33,150 nt of DNA from Neoechinorhynchus agilis (Eukaryota; Animalia; Acanthocephala), in NCBI GenBank assembly GCA_051530055.1, contig JBMGUZ010000029.1, positions 1-33,150 on the forward strand, written 5' to 3'. The translations under genes and the position numbers were made by a program. Under the pieces are notes generated by a model. That model saw nothing but the letters and a program-made list of their open reading frames with translations. It was not told the DNA's origin and ran no database searches. Shown here in pieces: positions 11,598 through 22,168 of this stretch (positions are counted from its first letter, which is position 1; each line of letters starts with the position of its first letter).

Positions 11598-11638
11598 ACC
11601 CTGAGAGATTTCGCCGTCTTACGGCTTCCTCGGGAATC
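11598..11638 (-). ncRNA. Minimal type-I hammerhead ribozyme-like motif (U4C variant) in the inverted pLTR
   Basis: GAUUC-CCGAGGA-A-GCCGU-AAG-ACGGC-GAAA-UCUC-UC. Perfect 5-bp stem II and an extra nucleotide after A9; the core differs from CUGANGA only at position 4. Confidence 0.5.
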
Positions 11639-12253
11639 TACAAAAAAACGAGTGGAGATGTGAAGTTTAAGTTAAATAGCGACATTGAAATATCGAAAGA
11701 TCGTCTCTCTTGTTGAGTAGTTCTGGAGCTTTGTCTGATGCCCTGGGATAAAATTGGTGCCTCGGCGATATATAGTTCTCGCCCCGGGTCCTTGGCCAAA
11801 ACCCAAACTCGCGTGTGGAGAGTTTCACTTCTCCATCGCTGTGGCACTTTGAGTGGTGCTTTGTCCATGGTATAGCCATGATTTTGCGCCTTGGGAGCAA
11901 ATTACAGACAAGATTTTATTTTAGCTCGAAGAAACGTGGTTTGCGAACGATGTTTGGCCGATGACAGACAGGCAAAATTGAACGCTTTTAAAATTTATCT
12001 AAAGATAAATCCTTTTAATCTTCGAACGTCCTTTCTTTATGGTACAGTCAAGTTTTTTGGATGGACACTTGGCCGGGGGCTGTTGTAATGACAAAAAGAA
12101 AATCTTTATTTCAAGAGCTTTCGCTGTCGTGCGACGGAGAGTTCTGGACATCAGACAAAGCTCCAGAACTGCTTAACAAAAGAGACGAACTTTCCATACT
12201 TCAATGTCGCTACTTTAACTTAAAACTTCACATCTCCACGCGTTTTTAATGTA

Positions 12254-12294
12254 GATTCCTCAGGGAGCCTTAAGACGACGAAATCTCTCGGAAT
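12254..12294 (+). ncRNA. Degenerate hammerhead-like motif, paralog of 11598-11638
   Basis: GAUUC-CUCAGGG-A-GCCUU-AAG-ACGAC-GAAA-UCUC-UC-GGAAU, 5 nt after the pLTR ORF stop. Core and stem II are mutated. A deleted version lies at 12638-12670. Confidence 0.4.
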
Positions 12295-12993
12295 AAAGAC
12301 TTTCTTTTTGTCAATAAAACGGTTTTATTCCAAGTGTCAATTTTGGAAAATAAAAATTTGAGTTTAAAGATGATAATTTCACATCAAAAAAAGGAGCGTA
12401 ATTCACAATTCGGCTTACGTCCTTTCTTTATGGTACAGTCAAGTTTTTGGATGGACACTTGGCCGGGTGTAATGACAAAAAAAAATCTTTATTTCAAGAG
12501 CTTTCGCCGTCGTGCGACGGAGAGTTCTGGGCACTCAAACAGAGCTCCAGAACTACTTAACCAAAGAGATGAACTTTCCATACTTCAATGTCGTTACTTT
12601 AACTTAAAACTTCACATCTCCACGCGTTTTTAATGTAGATTCCTCAGAAGACGACGAAATCTCTCGAAATAAAGATTCTCTTTTTGTCAATAAAACGGTT
12701 TTATTCCAAGTGTCAATTTTGGAAAATAAAAACTTGAGTTTAAAGATGATAATTTCACATCAAAAAAAGGAGCGTAATTCACAATTCGACTTTTTGACCA
12801 TCGAACATGAAAAACTGAGATCAGTCAAGAAAACGAAACGATGCAACATGATCAGCGATCTGACAATCGAATGAAATGCTGACGATCACTTGGAAACGTG
12901 ATTTTAAATGCTTTGTACAATTCTTTCCGGACAAATGACGTAAGACGCGAACATTGACGTAGCTGCCCAAAGAAACTTCTTCGATATTCTGAA

Positions 12994-14289
12994 ATGGTTA
13001 AGGTTGCGATCGTCGGTTGCCTCCATGGCGAGTTGAATTCTGTTTATGAAGACATCGAATTGATCGAAAAGGAGATGAATGTGCAAATTGAACTCGTTCT
13101 GGTATGTGGGGATTTCGAAGCGATCCGCAATCATCAAGACCTTGACTCGGTAGCGGTTCCCAGTAAATATCGTAAACTTGGGGACTTTTGGTCTTACTAT
13201 TCAAGGATCCAGACAGCTCCTAGAATGACCATCTTTATTGGCGGTAATCATGAATGTTCAAATTTCTTAACTGAGCTTCCTTATGGAGGATGGGTAGCTG
13301 AAAACATCTACTATTTGGGTCGCAGTGGAGTTGTAAATTTCCGTGGAATTCGAATTGCAGGATTGAGTGGGATTTATAAGGCTCGTGACTTTAAACGTGG
13401 AATCTATGAAGTGCCTCCGTTTACTCAAGAGACCGTCCGTTCATGCTATCATGTCAGAAATTTGGACATATTACGATTGAGCCTCCTTAACCAACCTGAT
13501 GTTGTGCTAACTCACGACTGGCCACGAGGAGTTCATCGATTCGGCACATCGGAAGATATAAACACTTTAAGAAGTCAAAAAGAGCACCTTTGTGAGGATA
13601 TGGACTCGGATGCTCTTGGTAGTCCAGCGTCCGAAATGCTTCTTGAAAAACTCACACCTTCCTACTGGTTTGCAGCTCATCTACACACCAACTTCTCAGC
13701 CGTTATTCAACATTCAACCGGCGCGGTTACTAAATTTCTCGCTTTAAATAAAGTCAAGGAAGATTATTCCCACATACGAGTGATAGACATTGCAGCAGAC
13801 CAAGGAGAATTTTGTTATGATCAACAGTGGATTTCGATTCTCAAACAAACAGATTCGATGATCAACACTGATCCAGTCGAGCAAACCAACTTAAAATCGG
13901 TTGAACCTGAATCAATCGACAACGATGATTTCGGAGACTTACGAATTCCTCAATATCAACAAATCTTCGAGTGGACAGCGTCGCCTTCGCTTACGGACGT
14001 TGAAGACCGCTACGATAATCCATTTGAATATGTACCATTCGAAAACCCACAAACTGCTGCATTTTGCCGAAAATTCAACGTACGAGATCCCCTTAGGCTG
14101 CGATTGAGCAATCTTGGACGACAAATGATCGACATTGTTAATGCTAGAAGGATGTGTGAAAAGAAACTTATTCAATGGATCAATTCTGAAGAAATTGGGC
14201 AATGCAGTGACCTTGAGGAAAACGAAGAGCAAGGTCCAGAAAACGATGAAGAAAAGGCCGGTGAAGTTTCGGCGATTGATGAAAATTGA
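12994..14289 (+). CDS. DBR1: Lariat debranching enzyme, intronless, 431 aa
   Basis: Metallophosphoesterase motifs GCLHG, CGDFE, GGNHE, THDWP and AAHLH, plus the DBR1-specific VPSKYRKLGDF, GGWVAENIYYLG, YHVR and TKFLAL. Confidence 0.97.
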   Translation: MVKVAIVGCLHGELNSVYEDIELIEKEMNVQIELVLVCGDFEAIRNHQDLDSVAVPSKYRKLGDFWSYYSRIQTAPRMTIFIGGNHECSNFLTELPYGGWVAENIYYLGRSGVVNFRGIRIAGLSGIYKARDFKRGIYEVPPFTQETVRSCYHVRNLDILRLSLLNQPDVVLTHDWPRGVHRFGTSEDINTLRSQKEHLCEDMDSDALGSPASEMLLEKLTPSYWFAAHLHTNFSAVIQHSTGAVTKFLALNKVKEDYSHIRVIDIAADQGEFCYDQQWISILKQTDSMINTDPVEQTNLKSVEPESIDNDDFGDLRIPQYQQIFEWTASPSLTDVEDRYDNPFEYVPFENPQTAAFCRKFNVRDPLRLRLSNLGRQMIDIVNARRMCEKKLIQWINSEEIGQCSDLEENEEQGPENDEEKAGEVSAIDEN

Positions 14290-14619
14290 AGGATTTTCTC
14301 GGCGATTCCAATAAAAATTGCTATGTAACTAAGGTTTCATTTTCTATTTTGATCAAGAATAATGTTGGAAACACCCTAATTAGGATAGTCCCGAGAAGCC
14401 TTCGTAATAAAACACTGAAAAGACTCTGCAGAGACTTGTGTTGTCTACTGAGCACAATTGATCGAATTTTCATCTGCTCACCGAATACCTTTATAAAATT
14501 TTCAACAAACAATCAAAACGCCTCTCAACGCTACCACCACAATTTTTACATCATTTTTTATCTCCTTTTCACACGAGCACAACACTCGTAATTCTAATTT
14601 GTTTCATTTTCTCTCATCC

Positions 14620-15378
14620 TCGCACCTCCCAGTAATTTTCTTGGATATCGAGACCCGAAATGGACCTAAGGAGAGACCCAGCCTCACAAATTCCCCTACA
14701 GACAATAGGCGCCAACTTTCGTATCCGAACGAGCCCATTATCCACTTTTAAATCAACAACCACATTCAATTTTACCTATCAGTAATCGCACTTCCCTGTA
14801 CTTCCGCTCCTTTTTCCATACTTCCCAATCTTCTTGGATATCGAGACCCGAAATGAACCTGAGAAGAGACCCACCTCACAAACTCTCTAGAAAACAATAA
14901 CCGTCAACTTTCCCGACCCGAACGAGCCCGTTATCCACTCCAAAATCAACAACCACATTCATTTTTCCTATCAGTAATCGCACCTCCCTGTACTTCCGCT
15001 CCTTTTTCCATACTGCCCAATCTTCTTGGATATCGAGACCCGAAATGAACCTGAGAAGAGACCCAACCTCACAAACTCTCTAGAAACAATAACCGTCAAC
15101 TTTCCCGACCCGAACGAGCCCGTTATCCACTCCAAAATCAACAACCACATTCATTTTTCCTATCAGTAATCGCACCTCCCTGTACTTCCGCTCCTTTTTC
15201 CATACTGCCCAATCTTCTTGGATATCGAGACCCGAAATGAACCTGAGAAGAGACCCAACCTCAGAAACTCCCCAGAAAACAATAACCGTCAACTTTCCCA
15301 ACCCGATTGGATATTTCCCCGCCCGACCAGACCCGGTATAGACTCCAAAACCAACAGCCACATTCATTTATCCTATCA
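14620..15378. repeat. Tandem repeat, 192-193-bp unit, about 4 copies (outer copies diverged)
   Basis: CTTGGATATCGAGACCCGAAAT at 14640, 14833, 15025 and 15217. Confidence 0.95.
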
Positions 15379-15778
15379 GAACTCGAGTGTTCATGATGAT
15401 CGTTTCCTATTCTTTATAAATTAACAAATAAAATGTGTTATTATAAGATACGATCTTTTTAGAATGAAGTACAGCGATTGAGCAATCAAAATTACTGTGG
15501 ATTTGTATTTTAAACGTTTGATTCCGGTCGACTTCGATGACTAAGGTGCCTGTCTGAAATTTAAGTTTTTGCTTAACAATCTCTTTTTTTTAAAGTTTTA
15601 CTGGCAAGCCGGTATTGTTATCATCATTCAATTTTAGTCAATCCCTTTCTTGTCCGGCTATCAAAATTAATCCGGTGCCCACTGCTCACAATATTGGACA
15701 CTATTGCCGAACTCAGTAGTCTTTAAGGCTGCTCTCAGGATTCATGAACATCCGCGATTAATAACATTTTTTTCGATT

Positions 15779-15816
15779 AAAGTCGTTTCGAACTTCGTCG
15801 GATTCATCATCAGTTT
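15779..15816 (-). ncRNA. Minimal hammerhead ribozyme-like motif, one substitution from canonical
   Basis: AAA-CUGAUGA-U-GAAU-CCGACGAA-GUUC-GAAA-CG-AC-UUU. Intact CUGANGA and GAAA, extra U after A9, 4-bp stem II, 3-bp stem I. GAAACGAC replaces GAAACGUC (U16.1 to A). Confidence 0.55.
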
Positions 15817-15905
15817 GTTACTAATAGACGCTATTGGATATTTAGGCTGGACTTAATTGTTTTCTCCAAGGACGGCTTGAAGTTTGAGAAATCCCATCCA
15901 TGGTT
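15779..15905 (-). mobile_element. PLE 3'-end relic: endonuclease C-terminal fragment followed by a minimal hammerhead-like motif
   Basis: 15905-15831 reads NHGWDFSNFKPSLEKTIKSSLNIQ*, resembling the PLE GIY-YIG tail H.FDF.N...LE..I....LN.Q with a deletion. About 15 nt after the stop lies the 38-nt motif at 15816-15779. Confidence 0.5.
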
Positions 15906-16549
15906 TCGCTCTCCCTTCATTTTCTTTTTTTCAAAGTTTTCCGATATTATTTTAAAATACCGGCTTGCCAGTAAAACTTAAAATAGAACACAGCGCTCAC
16001 CCTGAGTCGAATAACTGGCTGAGTTTGACATTTCGTAGTTGTGTCGAGGTGGTCACCCGTGATCCCGATTTTGGGAATCCGTTACCACCAAAGACGCACA
16101 GCCAAAGGAGACGAAATACCTCGTTGAAAGGAGGAAACTCACTGATGAGTCCCGCCTCCTCGGGAGGTATCTGAAGATCCGCAGGAATGTACAAACTCTT
16201 TTATCGGATGCATTAGAGATTATGTGGTTATATCACTTCTCTGATTTAATTGGTTTGGCTTTATGCCTAAATAAATAAGCCGGACAACTAAAGGGATTGA
16301 CTAAAATTTAATGATATTCTCATTTTTTATTCGAAATTCTTCAAACGTAATTTTCGCTTTAGATTGCCAAACCTTTTGCACGCAATAAAATAATATACAA
16401 ACGTTTTAAGAGTGTCTCACCATCCATATCTGATAAAATATTTCATCGCCGATTCTAGATCGCATTTGAATCATGTCTTTTCTGGTTGGAAATTTTTAGA
16501 CTTATGCCCCTTGTAGTGTTTTTTCTACGATTCAAATTTCTGACAAGAA

Positions 16550-16720
16550 GATTGCCCCTATTAATTGCGTTAAATATAATTGCTTCGTTTCATATGGACT
16601 AACTTCATTGTTTTCCGCTTAACAGACATTACTCATTATATTGATTTCCTAATTTTTTTACTATAAGCTGAAATTATTTTGAACAACGTCAATGGTACCC
16701 ATCATTATTAAAATCACAAT
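16550..16720 (+). mobile_element. Possible PLE reverse-transcriptase relic
   Basis: 16584-16616 reads FVSYGLTSLFS (cf. LVSFDVTSLFT). A downstream YFEQ..NGT-like segment is frameshifted. Heavily decayed. Confidence 0.35.
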
Positions 16721-16836
16721 TTGAACCCTGACTTTGCCCGAGAGTAAATTAGATCAAATTAATCGGAATTTCTTTTTTAGACGCAACGAAGCAAGTTGCT
16801 TTTAATATTCGATGATCTGCATAGTGGTTTCTGGCC

Positions 16837-17105
16837 GAAACTATAAATTATGCTTTTGGTTAAAAATTTGATCCAAAAGAGAAAGGTAGTAAAATTAAAA
16901 TGATTTTGACATTTCGGTACAATCTTGTGTCTTTTTATCAAGGTTGTGCAAGCTTTCTAGCGCCGATGAATAGGAGCGTTGAAGAAACTATAAATTATGC
17001 TTTTGGTTAAAAATTTGATCCAAAAGAGAAAGGTAGTAAAATTAAAATGATTTTGACATTTCGGTACAATCTTGTGTCTTTTTATCAAGGTTGTGCAAGC
17101 TTTCT
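16837..17105. repeat. Direct repeat, 122 bp x2 (period 147)
   Basis: 16837-16958 and 16984-17105 appear identical by eye, separated by a 25-bp spacer. Confidence 0.95.
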
Positions 17106-17497
17106 GATAAAGGCATACGAGATTGTGTGTCTTTTAAAATCATTTTCTTCAAATAGATCTACATGGTTTCAACAAAAGCAAAAATGAAACAAGTTAGAAA
17201 ACGGTTTAAGGGACCAGAAAATTTAGATGTCCTCTATCTCATACAAACTCTCGCGCGAACGAATGGATGCAAAGTCGTTGTTCAGGACTAAATCACACCA
17301 GCAGCCACGGTAAGTTTCATTTGAAATTCTGTGATAAAATGGAGATTCCTCGGTGTATCTTTCTTGACTTCGGACATTTCACGCACTGGGGTTTCGTGTT
17401 CGTGTAGGACATTGGGTTTGGTGTGGGGTGTCCGTGCGTTGTCGCGACCTCATCTCCATTTGGCTGCTAACTTTGCAGTTCCCTGAACAACTGCACA

Positions 17498-20400
17498 TCA
17501 TTTTGTCACATTGTCAGGTTCAACCGGTTCAATGTTCTGCTGCACTGAAGGGGTTAAATCCAAGTTCGCTGCTGGTTCATCTGTACCATCATTTTGAACA
17601 TTTTCGTCGGGTTCAACTGGGAAAAATTCTTCATTACTGCCTGATACAACAGGGTTGTTCGCGGTTGAAATCGTAACCGAAGAAGCCGAAGACGATTCGT
17701 ATGCCGGATACTCATAACCATTGTCGTCGTCACATTGTTCTTCACCAAATTCATTAACATTAGCGTCGGACGATACCGTCGAGTAATGGCTACTTGCAGC
17801 ACCGAGATTTCCATTGGCCGTCGGTGCCATGATATATGGATTTAAAGCGGTTATTCCATCGTAAGTTGCCAGAATACTAGGTACGAATGCTCCAGTTGGC
17901 GGAGAATGTGGGGAGGATGAATGATTAAAGTACGGGAACGTGTTAAAAAATCCATTTGTCGAATAGGCAGCTGCAGCGACGGCAGCTTGAGTAGCAAAAG
18001 GCATTTGAGGTTGTTGTTGAGCGGCCTGGAGGTTCGGAGGAGATCCAATGTGGAGCTGGGCGAATGCATGAGTAAGTTGTCCGCCTGGAGATGCCAAATA
18101 ACAAATCGGTGTAGCAGCGGCTGCTGCTGCAGCTGCATGATTGGCGTTCAAATAGTCCTGAGGGTTATTGGTTGGAGGAGTCGTTGCAAACAATGTAGTT
18201 GGATGAGTTGTCAAAGTCGGCGGCTGTACATCCGGTCTATATTGCATGTAAGTGGCTCCTGGATGATCATATTGATGAGTGACGGGTGGCAATCCAAACG
18301 GTCTACCTAGTCCGGCTGCTAGATTTTGAGCATGTTCCGCGTAATAATTAGCCGATGCGGCTGCTGCAGCTGCGACCTGTGCAGCGTTGGGTTGAACTTG
18401 ATTAGTGCCGAAAGATGATCTTTGATGAGATTGTCTCGGTTTTTTGCTTCCATCCGCTAATTTTACTAACAATTCACTGTCACCCAACTGCTGATGTTGT
18501 TTCCCGTTCAATTCTTGGATAACTTGCTCACAAATATCGCGAGTTTCCATTCTAGCAAATCCAACTCCTTTGCTTCTTGAACCATTGTCCCTGAGTATTC
18601 GAGTGGAAATCACGTTTCCGTATCTACTCAAGACAGATTCCAAAATTACTTCAGTTACCGTTGGCGAGAGATTCGCAAAATACAAGTTGGTTGGGTCTTG
18701 TTCTTGTTGCTACACGTGCCAATATTATGAGAATATTTTAATCGAGAAACACGTACGAACCTTTGCTTTTTGAGCATGGAAATTCGTGAGTCGATTAATA
18801 CGCTGCATGGCAAAATCCGCAGCTTCCGGGGTTTCAAAGTCAACGAAACCATATCCCTTACATTTATTTGTGTCTTTATCAAGAATGGCTTTGAGAGATC
18901 GAATCCGTCCAGCACCTTGGCACAATCGCGCTAACTCAGCGTCGTCAAACTCCTTTGGGAGTCCTTTAATGTAAAGATTGGTTCGACTTAGTTGACTATC
19001 GTTCGTACTATCATTTACTTGAGTGTTCATTACGTAGCCTGGTCCATACAAGTTACTAGTTGTATTCGTATTGCTGGAACCTTGCTGAAATCGATGATTG
19101 CTTGGACGATAAGTTCGGTATGTAACGCTATCCGCTGCCGCCGCCGCTGCTGCGGTCCGTGTTAGTTGCATGTTGTTGTCCGTTGATGTTTGGTTGTTGG
19201 TCGGTGAAACCATTCGGATTGCGCGGAATGAACGATCGAGTGGATCAACTAGAGAAGAGTCGATCACGGTTCCCGAGTTATAAATTCGATTTTCGTAATA
19301 CGATGAAGATTCCTTGTTTTGGCGATTATTAGAAGGAGGCTGAAATTAAAAGGGGCCAAGGTTAAACAGGAGTTGCCGAGAATTGTGCTCGTTCACATTT
19401 GTACCTTTTTTAACAGGGGGTGTGTTCAAACGAGCAATTAAAATGTTTGAAGGTGGTAGTGGCAGCGGAACACAAAATGAATCACCAACACAAAACTCAA
19501 CGCTATAGAGAAATTGAGGCGAAAACAGTCTTGAAGGACACGAAAACGAGGTTCAAAAACAATCCAAGTAGCAAGAGAGTTTCAAAATCTTACATGCTTC
19601 TCACAGGGACGAACTAGCGTTGCACTGACATATCTTTCACTAGAGGATTGTCGTGGAAAAAAGGAGTAGGAGGAAGAGAAGTGCGTCAGATTTAAATAGC
19701 GCGTCTAAAAAATGTCAAATTCCAACCAATTTGGACATAGAACGTCCTCAATATTCTGGGTCGTAATTCGGGGAACATTCCATTGGTAAGTCATGAATAA
19801 TATTTTAATTCGAGCCAAAAGATTTTATTCATCGAAAACAAATATAGGAGCTCTGAACTTCACCCTCTTTTGTACGTCTCAGACATCCGAGTTCTTAGTT
19901 TCTATTTTTCGTTTTGTGGATTTATACGACGCGAAACTATGCAAAAAGTCCAGATAAAATTACTTAATTTTTATTCTCTAAGAAGAAACCTTTTTGAAAT
20001 TTCTCAAAACAATGTTTTAAAAAGAAATCCGAGGTCCCAGACCAAACAATTCATCGAAAATCAATCTAAGAGCTCTGAACTTCACCTTTTTTGTACGTCT
20101 CAGACATCCGAGTGTTCAGTTTCTATTGTTTCTTTTTGTGGATTTACACAAGATGAAAATATACAAAAAAAAGCCCAGATAAAATTACTTCCTTTTTATT
20201 CTCCAAGAAACCTTTTTGAAATTTCTCAAAAAAATGTTTTAAAAGGAAATCCGAGGTCCCATACCAAACAATTCATCGAAAATCAATCTAAGAGCTCTGA
20301 ACGTCACCCTTTTTTGTACGTCTCAGACATCTGAATGTTCATTTTCCATTGTTTCTTTTTGTGGATTTATACAACGCGAAACTATACAAAAAGCCCAGAT

Positions 20401-21775
20401 AAAATTGGTTCCTTTTTTCTCTAAGAAGAAACCTTTTTGAAATTTCTCAAAACAATGTTTTAAAAAGAAATCCGAGGTCCCAGACCAAACAATTCATCGA
20501 AAATCAATCTAAGAGCTCTGAACGTCACCCTTTTTTGTACGTCTCAGATATCCGGATGTTCATTTTCCATTGTTTCTTTTTGTGGATTTACACAAGATGA
20601 AAATAGACAAAAAGTCCAGATAAAATTACTTCCTTTTTATTCTCTAAGAAGAAACCTTTTCGAAATTTCTCAGGTCAAGAAAATATCATTGCTTACACTA
20701 TTTCCTAAATACTTGTTTACGAAAATCCTGAAGTTTCTTGTTAAAACAAATAAGAATATAAGATGTATGGCAAGTGTTGACAACTAGAATCCAATTGAGA
20801 TTCGGCCAAATATTTAAAAATCGAGTAAGACATTTCCGGCAACATAGTGTTGTATCATCTTCGTGAAAGCATAGTTCTAGAGAAAATCTTGTATGCCGAG
20901 AGTTCGATGGCATTTTGCGTATTGTTATAATGAGCAATAAACGAACAAGACCTTTTTCTCTAACACAAAACGGAAAATGTCTACTTGAAGCATATGCTAA
21001 TCACAAGGAAATAAAACCTTTTGAGTTCGGAAATGTACACTGCCTTTTTTTCCCAACAAAATTTTCAAAGACCTTCGTGTGAAAGGTTAAAGTTCATTCG
21101 CAACGTTCTATTAAAAATTTTGCGACGATTTCTAGAAGAAGATATCGTTTCAAGGTTTAAAAAGTTAAGAATATCTCAAAAGAGTTGGGTATTCCACAGT
21201 ATTTTTGAGGAACTTTGTGGCAAAAAATGGAATGTTAACAAGAAGTCGTGTAGAATGCGAATATCACACGGTTCATTGGCGCCCCGGCTCATAAGTCTCA
21301 GCCTTGATTTGTAGTCTCGTCGAGCATTCCTCTACACAAAAACGATGGAATTCACAAATAGTTTTGGTGGTAACGAGTGTGAGCGAGGAGCAATTTTACT
21401 AATCAAAACCCCTTTTTTCTCCTTGTAATGTTGCGTGTTGGAGCAACCGCACAACTAAGGAGGGCAAAGAAGCAGCATTTTTAGAGGAAAAAAAAGAAGG
21501 GAAGTAAAGAATATGCTAGACATACGAGAAAAGACGGTTGAAGGGCGTTTTTGTATATGTGAGAGTACACTCACCACATATCCTCCATAGAGTTTCTGAT
21601 TGGTAACCTCCAATCCTGGCAAATGTTCTTGAGTTCGTTCAATTGACCTTTGTCCAAGTTTAAAGTAGGCTAATTGTTGTGGAGTGTACCGAGGAGAAGT
21701 AACCACTGAAGGGTCACTGCTACCACCGACAAGATGTTGATTGATTGTTTCATTAGTGGTGATTCGTCTGTGCAT
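17498..21775 (-). CDS. RBMS: RBMS/MSSP (Shep/SUP-26) family two-RRM RNA-binding protein, 3 exons, about 663 aa
   Basis: Exon 3 is 18709-17498 and exon 2 is 19339-18761 (51-nt intron, AKAK|[10 protein letters not shown]). RRM1 has [14 protein letters not shown] and RRM2 has [14 protein letters not shown]; the tail is rich in Ala, Pro and Gln. Exon 1 (21775-21575, 67 codons, ending GTG|GTGAGT, phase 0) fits the phase-0 acceptor TTTCAG at 19340. Exon 1 is inferred (confidence about 0.65). Confidence 0.88.
19828..20672. repeat. Tandem repeat, 221-222-bp unit, about 3.8 copies, in RBMS intron 1
   Basis: TTCATCGAAAA at 19828, 20050, 20272 and 20493. Confidence 0.95.
20698..21230 (-). mobile_element. 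Decayed non-LTR (LINE-type) reverse-transcriptase fragment in RBMS intron 1
   Basis: [16 protein letters not shown]...CFHEDDTTL...[22 protein letters not shown] resembles QGS.LGPLLFIIYINDLP...LFADDTTL...W...N.L.LN..KT..I.F. Upstream SKIL/QLF-like remnants carry stops. Confidence 0.5.
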
Positions 21776-22020
21776 TGTCAGACCTTGGCTAATCGCTCGC
21801 TCGCTCTATATACGACTGACCATTCGATCAGCTAAAGTTAATTATTTTTTAAATAGAAAGGGTGCGGGGGGAGGGGATTTGAACTCGTTTTTGCGCTCGA
21901 TGGTGGCGGTGACACAAGGTACACCACCAAAGTGACTGTAGGAAACCGAGGAGAGTTGTTAGTAAGACGCTCCCACACCAGCGCATACAAAAGAGAGAGC
22001 TTTCGAAGACTACACGCCTA

Positions 22021-22042
22021 GGTGGTGGTGGTGGTGGTGGTG
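22021..22042. repeat. (GGT)7 microsatellite
   Basis: GGTGGTGGTGGTGGTGGTGGTG. Confidence 0.9.
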
Positions 22043-22168
22043 CACGACATTACTACTCTCTTCGGCGCAAAATAAAGTTGGCAGCCGTTACAGTCGCAGT
22101 GTCGTTTGCTTTGACAACTGAGAAGAGAATGAGAGAGATGATGCTTTTTAGCCAACCGTCGCAGGCCC

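Larger units (their letters stand above)
11548..12788 (+). mobile_element. 5'-truncated Penelope-like element relic: inverted pLTR, GIY-YIG fragment, and about 2 tandem pLTR units (about 390 bp)
   Basis: 11548-11743 is the reverse complement of 12146-12343. 11899-11983 encodes RRNVV-CERC...TGKIER, homologous to the GIY-YIG at 28761-28678. Each unit encodes DKAPELLNKRD(E/D)LSI(L/F)QCRY, resembling the PLE endonuclease C-terminal LLNKR.EL...CR motif. Unit period 390 (12061 to 12451). Confidence 0.7.
15593..16315. repeat. Two interleaved inverted-repeat pairs (A B ... A' ... B')
   Basis: A 15593-15616 / A' 15956-15979 is a perfect 24-bp match. B 15623-15659 / B' 16278-16315 matches over about 37 bp with about 3 differences. 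Confidence 0.9.

Noticed and set aside
12884-12910. CUGACGA...GAAACGUG upstream of DBR1
   Set aside because: No stem II, and the cleavage-site nucleotide would be G.
16110-16200. CUGAUGA plus GAAA and an HDV-like GUCCCGCCUCCUCG string
   Set aside because: The element order does not build a valid hammerhead of type I, II or III. The HDV-like fold lacks the P1.1 GG and the L3 U-G pair. A simple hairpin explains the pairing.
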